A stretch of 64,000 bases of DNA from Octopus sinensis (Eukaryota): positions 162,502,001-162,566,000 of the forward strand of contig NC_042998.1 of NCBI RefSeq assembly GCF_006345805.1, in the 5' to 3' direction. Of the stretch, positions 12,116 through 25,094 are shown in pieces. Under the pieces are notes generated by a model. That model did not search any database. It saw nothing but the letters and a program-made list of their open reading frames with translations, and was not told where the DNA came from. The position numbers and the translations under genes are program-made. Each line of letters starts with the position of its first letter. The stretch's first letter is position 1.

Positions 12116-12502
12116 TAAATTTGAACTACACACACACACACACATAATATAATCAAGATTCAGTTAATTAGATGCTTAAATTGCCCCATATATATATAAA
12201 ATTATAATTTAGGGTATTTAAGAGATACCACCATGCTGGAAATAGCAGCCAAAACTTGACTCTGAAGCCACATTAAATATTCATGCAGCACCAGGAGAGA
12301 AGACAAAGAGTCAAAATTATCTAGCAAAAAAATTACTGGATAATTCCAGATCCTGGATTTCTGGCTCTGCATAAGAAATGCTCTGCCTCCATCAGTGGAA
12401 TATACTCAGATAGCACATAAATACAAATACATACATACAACATATGAATACTTACATGCTGGCCACCTCATAAGATTGGTATTTAAATAACGATCTTATC
12501 CT

Positions 12503-12544
<42 letters not shown>

Positions 12545-13389
12545 AGATATAACAAGAGAAATAATGTAAATATTTCAAGTTCCATTATTAATGTAAATAT
12601 GTTTTTAAAAATGGTTATATCCTTATGTTTGAAGTCTCTGCGGTCATGGTTTCTTTCAAATTGATGTAATGTTGTCATTAATCAATTAAAGGAACTGCTC
12701 GAAACAGCTGTAAGGAATGACACCTCTAAATCTTTGTTTACTCATTTATGTTCTATATATATATATATGAGTCAAGGCATAAATAATGCTCATTATATAT
12801 ACAATAAAGAAAAATATGTAACGACCATTATTTATGCCTTGTTCTTGTATATTACTCTGTGTAAAAACCAGTATAACTGGAGCACAGCCATGGATATACA
12901 ATATAGAATGGTGATGAACTATAACCCTGTACCCTGCCATAAGAATGTGCATAGTTCTTTACTAATATAGATAATACTGTTAGTCTGGTGTACTAACAGA
13001 GAGCTAATAAAGTATTTGCCCAGATTGATAATCATATTATAATAACTCTGTTTTATGTATGTATATATATATATATATATAGTTGCTATATCATATCTTG
13101 AATATGGTTGTTATATCACATGTCATCTTCTATTATTTATTATATTCACAGATAATTTAACTTGATAGCTAATTATCTATCTGATAGCCTTGCCGCTGCT
13201 GTTGTCATCTCTCTCTTCCTCTTCCTCTTCCTCTCTCTTTCTTCCTCTCTCTTTCTTCCTTCCTTCATCCTTGTCTCTTTCTTCCTCTCTTCCTCTCTGC
13301 CTCTCTCTCTCTGTATGACAAGACATGTGACTGATGTTGAAGGAAATATTTTTCACTGTCAATGACATAATAACAAACGAACAGTTAAG

Positions 13390-14010
13390 TTCAGTGCTGA
13401 GACACACACATACACACATACACATGCCTATGCACCTGCATACATGTGCTTATGCACACATATGCACATACATGCATGTGCATACAATGCTCACAGATAA
13501 TGTGAATACACATGAATATGCACATATATGCATACACATGCATGTGCATACCCATACATATATTAGATATGCACATATTCATACACATGCACAAATGCAC
13601 ATTGAATTTGCACTCCTACATGCATACACACAAACATATACCCATACAAAAGTGATTACATACATTATTTTACTCATTTACTCATTTCAGTCATAGGACT
13701 ATGACCATCCTGAGGCAGCACCACCATACTCACATACACACATATAGATACACCCATAATCATTAATACATGCATACACATGCATACATACACACATTCA
13801 CACTTGCACACATACATACACACATGCATGCATGCATATATACATGATTGCAAGCATGGATGCACACATATGTATATACATACATGCATACATGTACACA
13901 TCGTACATATATGCATAGACACATTCATAAACATTAATACATCCACAGGCATGTATACATGCACACATGTACATACACCTATTTATTCATACATATAAAT
14001 ATACATACAT
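13390..14010. repeat. Long degenerate purine-pyrimidine (CAYR)n low-complexity tract
   Basis: Mixed ACAT/GCAT/ACAC units over about 600 bp. Confidence 0.85.
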
Positions 14011-15499
14011 CTTGTTGTGTCATGTCTTCGTCTGGAGAAATGGTTAGAAAAGATTGGAAACAGTTTTTCATGTAACAAAATGTCATTACACCCACCATAA
14101 ACAGATAATGGGGAAATCAATTATGGAAACAGACACACGCGTAAAATATAAGTTCTCTGAGTTCACTAAGGAAGAGAGAGACGAAGAAAGGCGGAGGAGG
14201 AGGAGGGGGGTAAGGAGGAGGAGGCAAAGCAGAGAATTCAATTCTGCCACTGTCCCACATTAAGAAATCATTCACACTCACTATCTGCTTCATCTCTCGC
14301 TATTTTCCTTCCCTCCATTCCAGCTCTTCCCTTGCAGATGCTATGATAATAGTGCATCACTTTAAACCTTTTCCAATCCACCATCGAGCATCAACAGCTC
14401 TTTTAAACTCCAACCCTGTCTCTTGCAACCCGTCAAATGGACAATGTTCCGAGTCTCCATAATTATATTCCAAAACACTTCTGCTGCCATGTCATTGGCC
14501 ATTGCTGTTAAACGTGTCATACCCCACTTTCATTTGAAGTATAAAGCCTGCTAGACGATCCAGGCTCTGAAACACATGCTAATGTACTCACATATACAAA
14601 CAGCTGCACCCAACAAAAACAGATTTCCAAAGATTTCAACAATGATCATTCCAGTTGTTTAACTAACTGAACTGTTCCCTACCCATCTCCATTGTAAGGA
14701 ACTGAGTACTTTGTAAAAACACTTGTACATTTAACATAATGTTCAGACCAAATACTTGTGACTCTATACAGCAAGGCCAGCCCTTTAAATAACAGGTAAG
14801 CTCACCCTGACAGCCTTTTGTATAGTTTTTATCTATTCACTTTATTTTACTAGACTTGAGTTGATTTGAGGCTGCAGATCAACTGTCATTCAATGGAAAT
14901 GAACTCAGAACTTTGCAGTTGCAGAGTGAATCTCAGTCATGATTATTATGTCTTTAGTGTGTCTAGGACAACATTAGATAATACTCCCTGGGAGAAGCAT
15001 GATATTTTGCCTCTTTCAGTAATTTTCATCATTAGGTGGTTGGCTGGTTGGTCAAAATTTCAGTCAATGAAACCAGGGTAAGTCAAAAAGCTGGTGGAAT
15101 TCTGGTTAAAACCCCTCATAACTTTTATATCTTTTGGAATTTTCAGAAAAGTTTAGTGAATTTGTGATCTACAGACAGGAATTCATATGATTATACAACC
15201 CCCGCCACCCAAATTATTTTACATGCTATATACATATATCATTTGCATGACACCAATATCTGGCACAACTGTGGTTTTAGTTGGTTTGATGTGACTTATT
15301 CTCAATCTTTTCTAATCATTTCTCCAGACGAAGACATGACACAAGATGTATGCATGTATATATGTATGAATAAATATGTGTATGTACATGTGTGCATGTG
15401 TGTGTATATATACATGTGCATGCATGTATTAATGTCAAATGATCTCAGTCCTTGCCTCCATGAGACCCAACACTCAAAAGTATATATATATATATATAT

Positions 15500-15830
15500 G
15501 CATGAGCATGGCTGCCTCACTGCATGGCACTTTGAACAAGTGTCTTCTCCTATAGCCTCGTGCTGACCAAAACTTTGTGAGTGGATTTGGTAGACAGAAA
15601 CTGAGAGAAACCCATTGTATATATATATGTTTATAGCTATGTGCATATGTCTTTGTATCCATGGTTGTCCCCCACCACTACTTGACAACTGATGTTAGTG
15701 TGTTTATGTCCTCATTACTTAGCAGTTTGGCAAAAGAGACCAATGGAATAAGTACTAAGCTTACCCTTTATGGCAGTGCTCCAGCATGACTGCAGTGCAG
15801 TGTCTGAAACAAAATATAAAAGGTAAAAGA
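15500..15830 (+). mobile_element. SINE family A, degenerate
   Basis: GAACAAGTGTCTTCTCCTATAGCC...GTAGACAGAAACTG...CCCCACCACTACTTGACAAC...CTCCAGCATG. Confidence 0.8.
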
Positions 15831-16257
15831 AATATATATATGTAATGAGCTTCAGACAGTTTCCGTCTAACAATTTCCAGTCAAATTAATAACAGTCTGG
15901 TTGCTAAGTGAACTTCTTAACGACATGTTTCAGTTATTGCACTACTGTCATGATTGGATGTCATCAGGAGAGATTTAGTTAATCAGCCTTTGTACTGATT
16001 TGTGAAGCTGGCACTTATTCTTTCAATCATTTATGATCAAACCAACACCAGTAATTAACATGTGAGGAACACAAAACACAAACAGACAGACACACACACA
16101 CTCTCACTCTCTCTATGCAGTGGGACTGAACACGAAACCAAATAGAATATATATGCATACATACATACATACATACATACATACATAAATATATATATAT
16201 ATTTATATACATACATATATATACACATATATATATATATGCATATATATAAACATA

Positions 16258-16311
<54 letters not shown>

Positions 16312-16346
16312 TATGTATGTATGTCTATCTATCTATATATATATAC

Positions 16347-16655
16347 ACAGGAGAGGTTGTGTGGTAATAGCTTGCTTACCAACCATATGGTTCCCTGGTT
16401 CAGTCCCACAGCATGGCATCTTTGGCTTCTACTATAGTCTCAGGCCGACCAAAGCCTTGTGAGTGGATTTGGTAGACAGAAACTGAAAGAAGTGTGTCGT
16501 ATATGATCTCAAGATTAATCAGCCGAAATTGCGAGGATAATCCGGTTCTTGACTGAAGATTAGAGGCTTTGAATGACCCGTCCGTTTTTCGTGTCGTCTA
16601 TTTGAGTGTTTTGCGTTCTTGTCCATTTTGTATTTTTATATATATTTTTTATACA

Positions 16656-16703
<48 letters not shown>

Positions 16704-16950
16704 TGTGTGTGTGTGTGTGTGTCTGTCTGTGTATGTATGGTTGTGTGTCTGTGTTTGTTCCCTCAGCATTTCTTGACAACCAATGCTGGTGTGTTTACGT
16801 CCCTGTCACCTAGCAGTTCCGCAACAGAGACCGATAGTATAAGTACTAGGCTTACAAAGAATAAGTCCTGGGGTCGATTTGCTCAACTAAAGGTGGTGCT
16901 CCAGCATGGCCACAGTCAAATGACTGAAACAAGTAAAAGAGTAAAAGAAT
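16347..16950 (+). mobile_element. SINE family A interrupted by a CpG-rich ~140 bp insert (about 16503-16640) and microsatellites
   Basis: Head 16347-16500, tail 16740-16950; the intervening sequence is unrelated to the family A consensus seen elsewhere. Confidence 0.75.
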
Positions 16951-17453
16951 AAATATTCACATGTGCTATATGTTCATTCTTCAGTTGTGCATTATGGTTC
17001 TTATTTTATACGTTTTCTGGAAATCTTTTGTCACACACCTGTGACCTTTCAGTGATTCTTCCATCCCATGTGTTCCCTCCTATTCTGTTTAGTCCAACCT
17101 AGTCTTGTGGTGGTCTGCTCTGGGGCAGGTCCTGTGCATGCTGACTTTCACCAGCACCCTCTATATCAGATTATTGGAACTACAACCATCCATGACTAGA
17201 CTTGGGATGAGTGCTATAGTGGTTTCCCATTGACATCTTCAAGCAGATAGGGTTTGAGCTCAGAATATAGAGAGCCAGAAGATATACTGCAAAGCATTTC
17301 TGCCGATTCACCAACAATTCTGGCACTCCATTACATATCAAAGCAATATGAAATGAAGAGTGTTGCTCAAGAACATGGCATGCTGCCCGGTCTGGGAATT
17401 GAACCTGTAGTCTAGTGATTGTGAGTGCATCACCCTAAGCACTAGGCTATGTG

Positions 17454-17506
<53 letters not shown>

Positions 17507-17682
17507 ATATATATATGTATGTATGTATGAATTATATATATATATATATATTACAGAGAGAGAGAAAACAGTAATACATGAAATGTACAGATCAATATAA
17601 TGTGTATATAGTTGTGTGTGTCTGTGTGTGTATATATATGTATACATATACATATATATGTATAAATATACATATATATATA

Positions 17683-17739
<57 letters not shown>

Positions 17740-18171
17740 TATATATATTATATATATATATATATAATATATATATATATTATATATAATATTAATATAT
17801 ATATATATATCTTTCATCCTATTAGATTCCTAGAAATATTTGCCATATTTCATGAATAAAATGAAATACAAAATGAAATAAAAGACATAAAGAACCTCAT
17901 TTAAAATAAAAGGAAAGTGATTTATAAAATGGCAATGCAATATTTATTCATTTGTTTGTGTTTTATTTATTGTTTTTGTCCATCATTTACTTCTTTGTTA
18001 ATCAATCATATGAGTACACCTTTCTCTGTAGTAATGTGTCGTTTTGCTGCATACGGCCCCTTGTACATATGTATTGCTCATGTTGATATTGTAGTTGTCA
18101 TGTTTATTTGTTTATGTTTTTTACGCATTTATTGAGATATACACAAAACTGTTTCCATAAATGTGCATATG

Positions 18172-18202
<31 letters not shown>

Positions 18203-18322
18203 TGTGTGTGTGTGTGTGTGTGTGTATATGTATATGTTATGTATATATATACACATATATTATACATAATGTGAATAGAAGTATATATTTGTTAATATTT
18301 ATATATATATGTACATATGTAT

Positions 18323-18364
<42 letters not shown>

Positions 18365-19127
18365 TATATATGCGTGTGTGTGTGGTGTGTGTGTCTGTCT
18401 GTGTATGTATGGTTGTGTGTCTGTGTTTGTTCCCTCAGCATTTCTTGACAACCAATGCTGGTGTGTTTACGTCCCCGTCACCTAGCAGTTCCGCAACAGA
18501 GACCGATAGTATAAGTACTAGGCTTACAAAGAATAAGTCCTGGGGTCGATTTGCTCAACTAAAGGTGGTGCTCCAGCATGGCCACAGTCAAATGACTGAA
18601 ACAAGTAAAAGAGTAAAAGAATAAATATTCACATGTGCTATATGTTCATTCTTCAGTTGTGCATTATGGTTCTTATTTTATACGTTTTCTGGAAATCTTT
18701 TGTCACACACCTGTGACCTTTCAGTGATTCTTCCATCCCATGTGTTCCCTCCTATTCTGTTTAGTCCAACCTAGTCTTGTGGTGGTCTGCTCTGGGGCAG
18801 GTCCTGTGCATGCTGACTTTCACCAGCACCCTCTATATCAGATTATTGGAACTACAACCATCCATGACTAGACTTGGGATGAGTGCTATAGTGGTTTCCC
18901 ATTGACATCTTCAAGCAGATAGGGTTTGAGCTCAGAATATAGAGAGCCAGAAGATATACTGCAAAGCATTTCTGCCGATTCACCAACAATTCTGGCACTC
19001 CATTACATATCAAAGCAATATGAAATGAAGAGTGTTGCTCAAGAACATGGCATGCTGCCCGGTCTGGGAATTGAACCTGTAGTCTAGTGATTGTGAGTGC
19101 ATCACCCTAAGCACTAGGCTATGTGCC

Positions 19128-19160
<33 letters not shown>

Positions 19161-19352
19161 TATATGTGTGTGTGTGTGTATATATATATGTATGTATGTA
19201 TGAATTATATATATATATATAATATATATACAGAGAGAGAGAAAACAGTAATACATGAAATGTACAGATCAATATATATGTGTATATAGTTGTGTGTGTC
19301 TGTGTATGTATAATATGTATACATATACATATATATGTATAAATATACATAT

Positions 19353-19394
<42 letters not shown>

Positions 19395-19412
19395 TATATT
19401 ATATATATATAT

Positions 19413-19488
<76 letters not shown>

Positions 19489-19860
19489 TTCATCCTATTA
19501 GATTCCTAGAAATATTTGCCATATTTCATGAATAAAATGAAATACAAAATGAAATAAAAGACATAAAGAACCTCATTTAAAATAAAAGGAAAGTGATTTA
19601 TAAAATGGCAATGCAATAATTTATTCATTTGTTTGTGTTTTATTTATTGTTTTTGTCCATCATTTACTTCTTTGTTAATCAATCATATGAGTACACCTTT
19701 CTCTGTAGTTAATGTGTCGTTTTGCTGCATACGGCCCCTTGTACATATGTATTGCTCATGTTGATATTGTAGTTGTCATGTTTATTTGTTTATGTTTTTT
19801 ACGCATTTATTGAGATATACACAAAACTGTTTCCATAAATGTGCATATGTACATACATAC

Positions 19861-19902
<42 letters not shown>

Positions 19903-19990
19903 ATATCTATATGTATATGTATATATATACATATATATATATATAATATATATATAATATATATATATATTATATATAATATATATATGT
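16690..19990. repeat. Tandem duplication, two copies of about 1.67 kb (about 16690-18330 and 18360-19990)
   Basis: TTGTGTGTCTGTGTTTGTTCCCTCAGC occurs at 16741 and 18413 (offset 1672). Non-microsatellite parts are almost identical. Junctions lie in (TA)n. Confidence 0.92.
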
Positions 19991-20148
19991 ACATATGTAT
20001 TTATATATATTTAAATATTTATATGTATATATCTATATCTATCTATCTACATATATATATTTATACACACACACCCTTAGACACCTGCAGACATATGGAT
20101 ATGCATACATATCCTGCATACATATCATATACATATAAATGCACAAAG

Positions 20149-20197
<49 letters not shown>

Positions 20198-20279
20198 TTA
20201 TATATATATAGATAGATAGATATATATTCATACACATATTAGCATGTTTATATTCCAGTCTTTAAAATGAGATAATCGT

Positions 20280-20351
20280 TATCCGTGAAGCATTTGATTA
20301 TATCTGACAGTTACGCTTCTGTCAGCTATAATCAAATGCAAGCGAATGATA
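20280..20351. ncRNA. Candidate miRNA-like hairpin
   Basis: GCATTTGATTATATCTGACAG(20290-20310)-TTACGCTT-CTGTCAGCTATAATCAAATGC(20319-20339) pairs 20 of 21 positions. A possible lower stem is TATC-CG/CG-GATA. It lies in non-repetitive sequence. Confidence 0.35.
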
Positions 20352-20743
20352 TACTTTCTACCTGATGTGACTCGACAACATTGGACATTATTTTGTTAAT
20401 TAATTGCATACTTAGATGCTTTGGTCGCTTTCAGACGAGACTGCAAGCTTTCATCAGCGTTCGCTTCATTTAATTACACCCCCCGCCAACAGTACGTAAT
20501 ATAGTATGGCAACAAAGCAAATTAAATTCACTCTCATCGCTTGTTGATTTTTCACTATAATTGAATTCCAAGGCGAACCGAGCAGTGGTCCTGTTAGCAA
20601 ATGATATTATATTTGGCACTTAGTTGACCAAGTATTGTATATTCCTTTCTATCTGAATTAATTCTTCACTGCTTTCATTTGTCTCTTTTATTTATCATTT
20701 AGTGTTTATGTATATACATATGTATATATATATATATATATAA

Positions 20744-20812
<69 letters not shown>

Positions 20813-20829
20813 GTATGTATATATATATA

Positions 20830-20866
<37 letters not shown>

Positions 20867-23101
20867 TTATATTTATTTATTTGGTTTGTCATTTCATGAT
20901 TCATACTTTTAATGAGTTCATATTCCATTTGAAATTCATAAATTGTAATCTGTGATTTCTTTCTGATCTGTAATTTGTCGTCTCTTAACTGCTGTATATA
21001 TCTAGAATGTCTCCATGTACTCATTATATATTGCCAGAGTTCTAATTCTCTACAATTTTGCAACATTAGATCTTGCATGAAAGAGTTTTTCTTTTCTTTC
21101 TCATCTTCTCTATCTTCTTTTATTTTTTTTTGTTTGTATGTTTGTTTGATTTTGATTTGGAAAATTATCTTTAATTATGATATGGAAATGTGCAATCAAA
21201 TTTGTTGAGAAAGTAGAAGCGAGATGGATGTTATGAAACATCAAATTCTTCATTAGAATTGTGTAGCACTAAGCAGCTTTACTCAACATGTCTTATGGCA
21301 CAGAAGCAGTTTATTTAATATTTGAGAGTTACTTACATGTGAAGCAATATGCCATGTTTTTGCATAGTCTAAGGCCATACTACCTACACACTGCTGGTAT
21401 TCTTGCTGCTGTTGTTATTACAGTCATTGTTTCCTCATTACCTCAGTCAGTTTGATCTGTCATGTGTACCAAAGACTGTCTATTATTGAATATTGGTGAA
21501 TAGCATAGTTTCACTACACTTTGTAATGTGATAGATGAACTTGCTGTAGAAGATCATGTCACAATTCATTATGCAGTGATAGATAGTCAAGGATAAAATG
21601 TTGAAGCAAAGCTTGATCCAATTTCAAACCAAATTTGTTCTAATACTCCCTGATATCATGTAGCAACTATTTTATTATGGAAAGAGATTGACTCATTAAG
21701 GAACCGCTGCAGTTTGGTAAGTTTTGTCAGAGAAAGTGTTATACCTTCAGATATTGACATAAAAAGCAGTTTTCCCATAAACCAATCACTGAAGCATTTG
21801 AGCCAATGAGTACAGGTTTATGTACTTATTCCACTTACTAGAAACTCCAACGAAATCTCCTTCAAATCTCCAGCCACCCTTGGTTCTATTATACAAATTC
21901 CTTGTTTTAAAGTTACCTAAATTAAAATCTTCCAGCAACTTTTCCAGGTAATCCATGTTCTAAATACCAGCTTAATATTGATAGTTATTTTACTAAATTG
22001 TTCATTACTTCAAAATTAATCGAAGCAAAGCAGTGTATTTCAACTGACATATGTTACAAGGTGCATTCCAGAAAATATGAAACATTTTTTAGGAGAGATA
22101 GTTATAACTATAGTAGAAGACATTTGCACAAGGTGCCACACAGTGGGACTGAACCCGGAACCATGTGGTTCATAAGCAAGCCACTTACCACACAGCCACT
22201 TTGGAGGATTTTCATGAGGCCTGCACAAAGTGGCTGGAGCACAACAACAAGTTCATTGAAGTCAGAGGCTCTTACTTTGAAGGAGATTAGAATTTATGAT
22301 TCATTGAAAGAAAGAAATGTCTCTACTGAAAACTCTCAAAACATCTGGAATGCACTTTGTAACAAAAGGATTAAATAACAATTTACTGGACAATGTAATC
22401 CATGATATAGAATAGATAAAAACATTGGTATGATCACAGCTGGAAGGCCTTTGATCATAGGTCTTTTTAATTTGTGCTGACCAGGTACTAAATAATATCC
22501 TTTCTACTATAGGCACAAGACCTGAGATTCAGTGGCGGGGGTTAGTTGGTTACATCAACCCCAGGGATCAACAGGCACTTATTTCATTAACCCCAGAACA
22601 ATGAAAGACAAAGTTGACCTCAGCAGAATTTGTAAAGACAGACAAAATACTGCAAAGCAATTTGTCTGGTGTGCTAACAGTTTTGTTAATTAATATCAAG
22701 AAATCAAAAACAGCAACAACAGCAATTTGTTAACTGGCATGCTAAAGTGGGTATTGAAAAAATAAGCATTCTTTGTAGTTTTAAACTCAAACTCAGTTTG
22801 AATTTCTATAAGCCTTTTTGATGAAAATTTAGGATCAAAATTTTATCCCATAATCAACTGCTTTGATGTGAAATAGAAATAGCACTTAACACAGGGGCAT
22901 GCTGAGGAAAAGAGAGAAAGAAAATTTAAAATAGTGGAGTTGATAGAAAGAGAGATAAGGGGTGAAAAGAAGAGAAAAAGCATATTTTATTTCAGAAAAA
23001 GGGTAATAAATTAGTCTTTAATTAAGAGGTAAAAAATATGTGTTAGATGTAGTATTATACATGTATATGTGTATGTATACATATATATACATATATATGT
23101 A

Positions 23102-23138
<37 letters not shown>

Positions 23139-24109
23139 GTATGAATCTGTATGTGTCTGACATTTTAGTGGGCTTGCGTCCCCTATATCTTTTATTTATC
23201 TATTTGTAAGTATGTATATAAACTTGTTCTTCATAATCACTAATTAAGTCCTTGGTTAAGCTACATTACTAATAGAACAAAGTGCTGTACAAAGTGATAT
23301 ATGCAATATATACAGCTCAGTTTTAGTGCTTGATTGAGAGAGTTCTTAGCTTCCTAAAGAAATCTCTCAAAAACATTAGTGTGATCACACCTGAAATGTC
23401 TTTGATCATAGGTCTTCTTAATCTGTGCTGACCTGGTACTAAATATCCTTTCTACTAATAGGCACAAGGCCTGAAAGTCTGGTATTTATTTCATCCTATA
23501 CTAAGGTAAAAACAGACATCCATCTCTTTCTGTTGGGCATAACTGACTAACCAAAACCTAGAATACAGTAGGAATCAAATTTGATGATCACCTACCATTA
23601 CTGGCCAATTCTTAACAAATTCACTACTAAAAATATTTGATGATAATGTTCTTTATAATATCTTAAGAATTGAACTCATGACATTTAGTGTCTTCTTCAT
23701 CTTACCTTTGATCTTCTTCACCTGGAGATATTTTCGATACCTATGTATCTGAGATGTCTATAGTTTAGTTGATATGAATATATATTGTCTAAAGCCATAT
23801 TGTTCAGTTAACATAATATATTTATCGTTTATCTGATTCTAAGTTGAGGACAGTCAGTCTACTATTTAAGACTTTTACACATCTATTGTTCTGTTGAATT
23901 AGCTGTGTTGTTTACAATGTACATACTTTAACCTGTGATTCTGCTGTGCATTTGAACATTAAAGATATTTACTTTCCCTCATGTCTCAAGATTAGATATA
24001 TGCCTTTCCAATGTCAAAAGATATTTCCAACGAATGAATTTTTATTTTATTTTAATATTTTATTCATTTTATGTTTTTTTTTCTTGAAATCTTTTAGAAT
24101 CAAGCTATA

Positions 24110-24900
24110 ATCACAAAGCCGTCTTATGTAAGGAGGTTAGTAATGGTTTGATTGCCTATCCTCTTAAACCTTTTGTTTAGAAAGATTTGGTCTGTGTCTC
24201 TTATGTTTGCTGAATTTATTTTTATATTTTATACATTTTTATATTTTGTCTGGGATTGTGCTTTCATCCCCTAATTCTTTTATTTTTTACCATTGATTTT
24301 TTTTATTGGCTTTTGTTATTTTTTTAGATTGATCTCATCACTTCTGTTGTTGATATATATTTGGGGGTGCAGATGAGGATAGATCCTTTTTTGCATGCAT
24401 ACAACAAAAATGCTAATAAAAATGCAACAAGTTCCTTTCATTTCACCACTTGTAATAGATTTCCATGGCATACAATATTAGAAAGAAACCATCAAATTCT
24501 TTGAGAAAAGAAAAAAAGAAAAATGTAGCATAGTCTTCTTGCACCAAGATTGCTGATGTCAGAAAGCCTTTGGCAAACAACACTTGATTTTTTGTGAAGT
24601 ATAAATAGTTCTTAGCCAGAGACAATTTTTCTCTTACACATGTTTTTTATATTCTATTTTATTTTTCTTACCTTTTTATTTTTGCATATATTACATCTTT
24701 CTTCTGTTTCTGCTTTTCCCCTTTATCCCCAGACTTTTCATTTAGTCTACCGATTTCATCCATTTCCCCTGTACACACTGTCTAAATCTCAGCTTGTTTG
24801 ATTGGAATTTTCTTTTCCATTTTCTTTACTTTTACTCATGGAATAGTTGGTACCAAATCTTATTTAAGAATGTTTTGCTGAGTCAATTCTCTGTTCCTAG
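24110..24900 (-). mobile_element. Highly decayed L1/Tx1-like LINE 3' region
   Basis: The minus strand is A-rich. Translation retains ERCNICK (CxxC, 24684-24695) and, downstream, IYYKW*NERNLLHF, resembling the IW..RN..F motif. Confidence 0.4.
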
Positions 24901-25050
24901 TGCTTTCTGCCATCAACTGTTATTGTTATGACAAAGGCTAGTGATACTGAAAAGAAACATCAGAAAAAGACTAATTTTATTTTCAAACCACAAAAACGAA
25001 GTGTAAATCTTTGGCAATTAGTTAATGGAGTTATGTATATGCATGCATGT

Positions 25051-25094
<44 letters not shown>

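Noticed and set aside
12976-12998. Small hairpin CTGTTAGT-CTGGTGT-ACTAACAG
   Set aside because: An 8-bp stem is expected by chance in 64 kb.
21771-21946. Minus-strand 56-aa ORF MDYLEKLLEDFNLGNFKTRNLYNRTKGGWRFEGDFVGVS...
   Set aside because: Protein-like in composition but short, with no recognisable motif or supporting splice context.
22420-23480. Apparent 100-bp local duplication (22420-22520 versus 23380-23480)
   Set aside because: Both appear to be diverged 3' portions of the dispersed family B repeat, not a locus-specific duplication.
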